Of a stretch of DNA of 64,000 nucleotides, positions 62,821 to 64,000 are shown piece by piece. The notes beneath the pieces are model-generated. The model was given only the letters and a program-made list of their open reading frames with translations. It did not search any database and was not told where the DNA came from. Both the position numbers and the translations under genes were made by a program. Position 1 is the stretch's first letter; every line of letters starts with the position of its first letter. Origin of the DNA: Epiperipatus broadwayi (taxonomy: Eukaryota > Animalia > Onychophora); assembly GCA_028023455.1 (NCBI GenBank), contig JAQFVV010000009.1:5828001-5892000 (forward strand), in the 5' to 3' direction.

Positions 62821-64000
62821 GTGCTGTTTGAAATAAAAATAAATAGTCTGCATGTGTATGAAGAATAAAAAAATATGTTGATATATTAATTATTGTCATT
62901 GTCACTTTTATAAAGAATGGGTTTATTTATTAAATATGTTAAATAAGTATGAATCATAATTTTTTATGAAAAAAAACTTAAGATTATGTGTAGTAAAATT
63001 AATTCTTACAAAAAAAAAAAAAACACCTTATAATTATGATGTTTCAGATAGACAAATATAATTGAGATAACTAATGATTATCTTGAATGTATTTTGAACA
63101 AAATGACAAAAAAAAAAAAAAACTTTTTTGTTCTTTGTAGTAGATAGTAATTAAATAGTTCAGATTGATAAATCTAAAATGATATAGATTTTGACTTTGA
63201 GATGAGTGAAAGTATATATGCATACACATTCAAACATACAAAGAAAAAGAAAATATAAAAAATGTAAACAAATAATAAAAATAAGAAAATTAAAATGATT
63301 ACACAATGTACACACAAATATAGTTGTTTAATAATTTTGGCACTAAAATAAATTAAACCTTATTTCAGTTTCAGCTAACATTTACATTTAGGAAATGAAT
63401 TTAGAGCTAGATTTCAATTCGTTATCTTCTGGGAAGCAGTTTACAACACTCTCATTAAAAACATAATTGTTCAGGAGGGCAATTGACAGTTAAATACAAA
63501 GTGATAGACTGAACATAAGGTATTTATTTGATTAAATTAAGATTTTTTAAAAATTTTCTTCAATACAAATATAACTAAGAAACTTTATTTCTCAATACAA
63601 CCAATTTATCCCTAGACAAATACCTCAAAGCAATATAAAAATGTTAAATTATCATTTAATTGCTCTAATGTTGCAGACTGTTGTTGCGGGTTTGCCTCCT
63701 GGCCGATACTATGACATATGGAAAAAAAAATGTTAACAAACAATACAGGATATCATTAAAACTTAGATAGAGAATAATAAATTCATCTTTTTCTTCTTTT
63801 CGTTTTGAAAAATGTGCACTTTATTATTATTTAGAAAAGATTACAGACAATTTTTAAATGTTATGCTATTACGAAAATTTTAATAAATAAATAAGTAAAG
63901 TTTGTAACAATGTAAACTGTCACTTAATTGAAAAGTTAGTGAAATTTAGTTAAAAACTTATTAAACAAAGAACACTTATGGTTAAATAAATAATTTCCCC

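Overview
Very AT-rich animal (invertebrate-like) genomic DNA with no intact cellular protein-coding gene that I can support. The window is a mosaic of transposable elements of different ages: RTE-like LINE remnants, three hAT transposase elements plus hAT MITEs, pogo/Tigger derivatives, Gypsy and Penelope-like (PLE) fragments, hairpin MITEs and SINE-like pieces. The best candidate for a novel system lies at 16.7-23.5 kb. It holds a 3.6-copy tandem array of a ~417-nt non-coding unit, each copy carrying a minimal type I hammerhead ribozyme fold (retrozyme-like). Next to it are an 879-bp permuted and inverted multimer with a 13-bp TSD, and a 704-bp apparently perfect palindrome carrying a U3-A8 hammerhead variant. 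Also notable: a complete non-coding TRIM-like LTR element (9887-11521) and a dead UBE4B/Ufd2 U-box fragment (33302-33690). Five Illumina adapter remnants are embedded in young repeats, and one creates a false stop in the Buster transposase. Alignments and translations were done by eye, and the boundaries of old elements are approximate.
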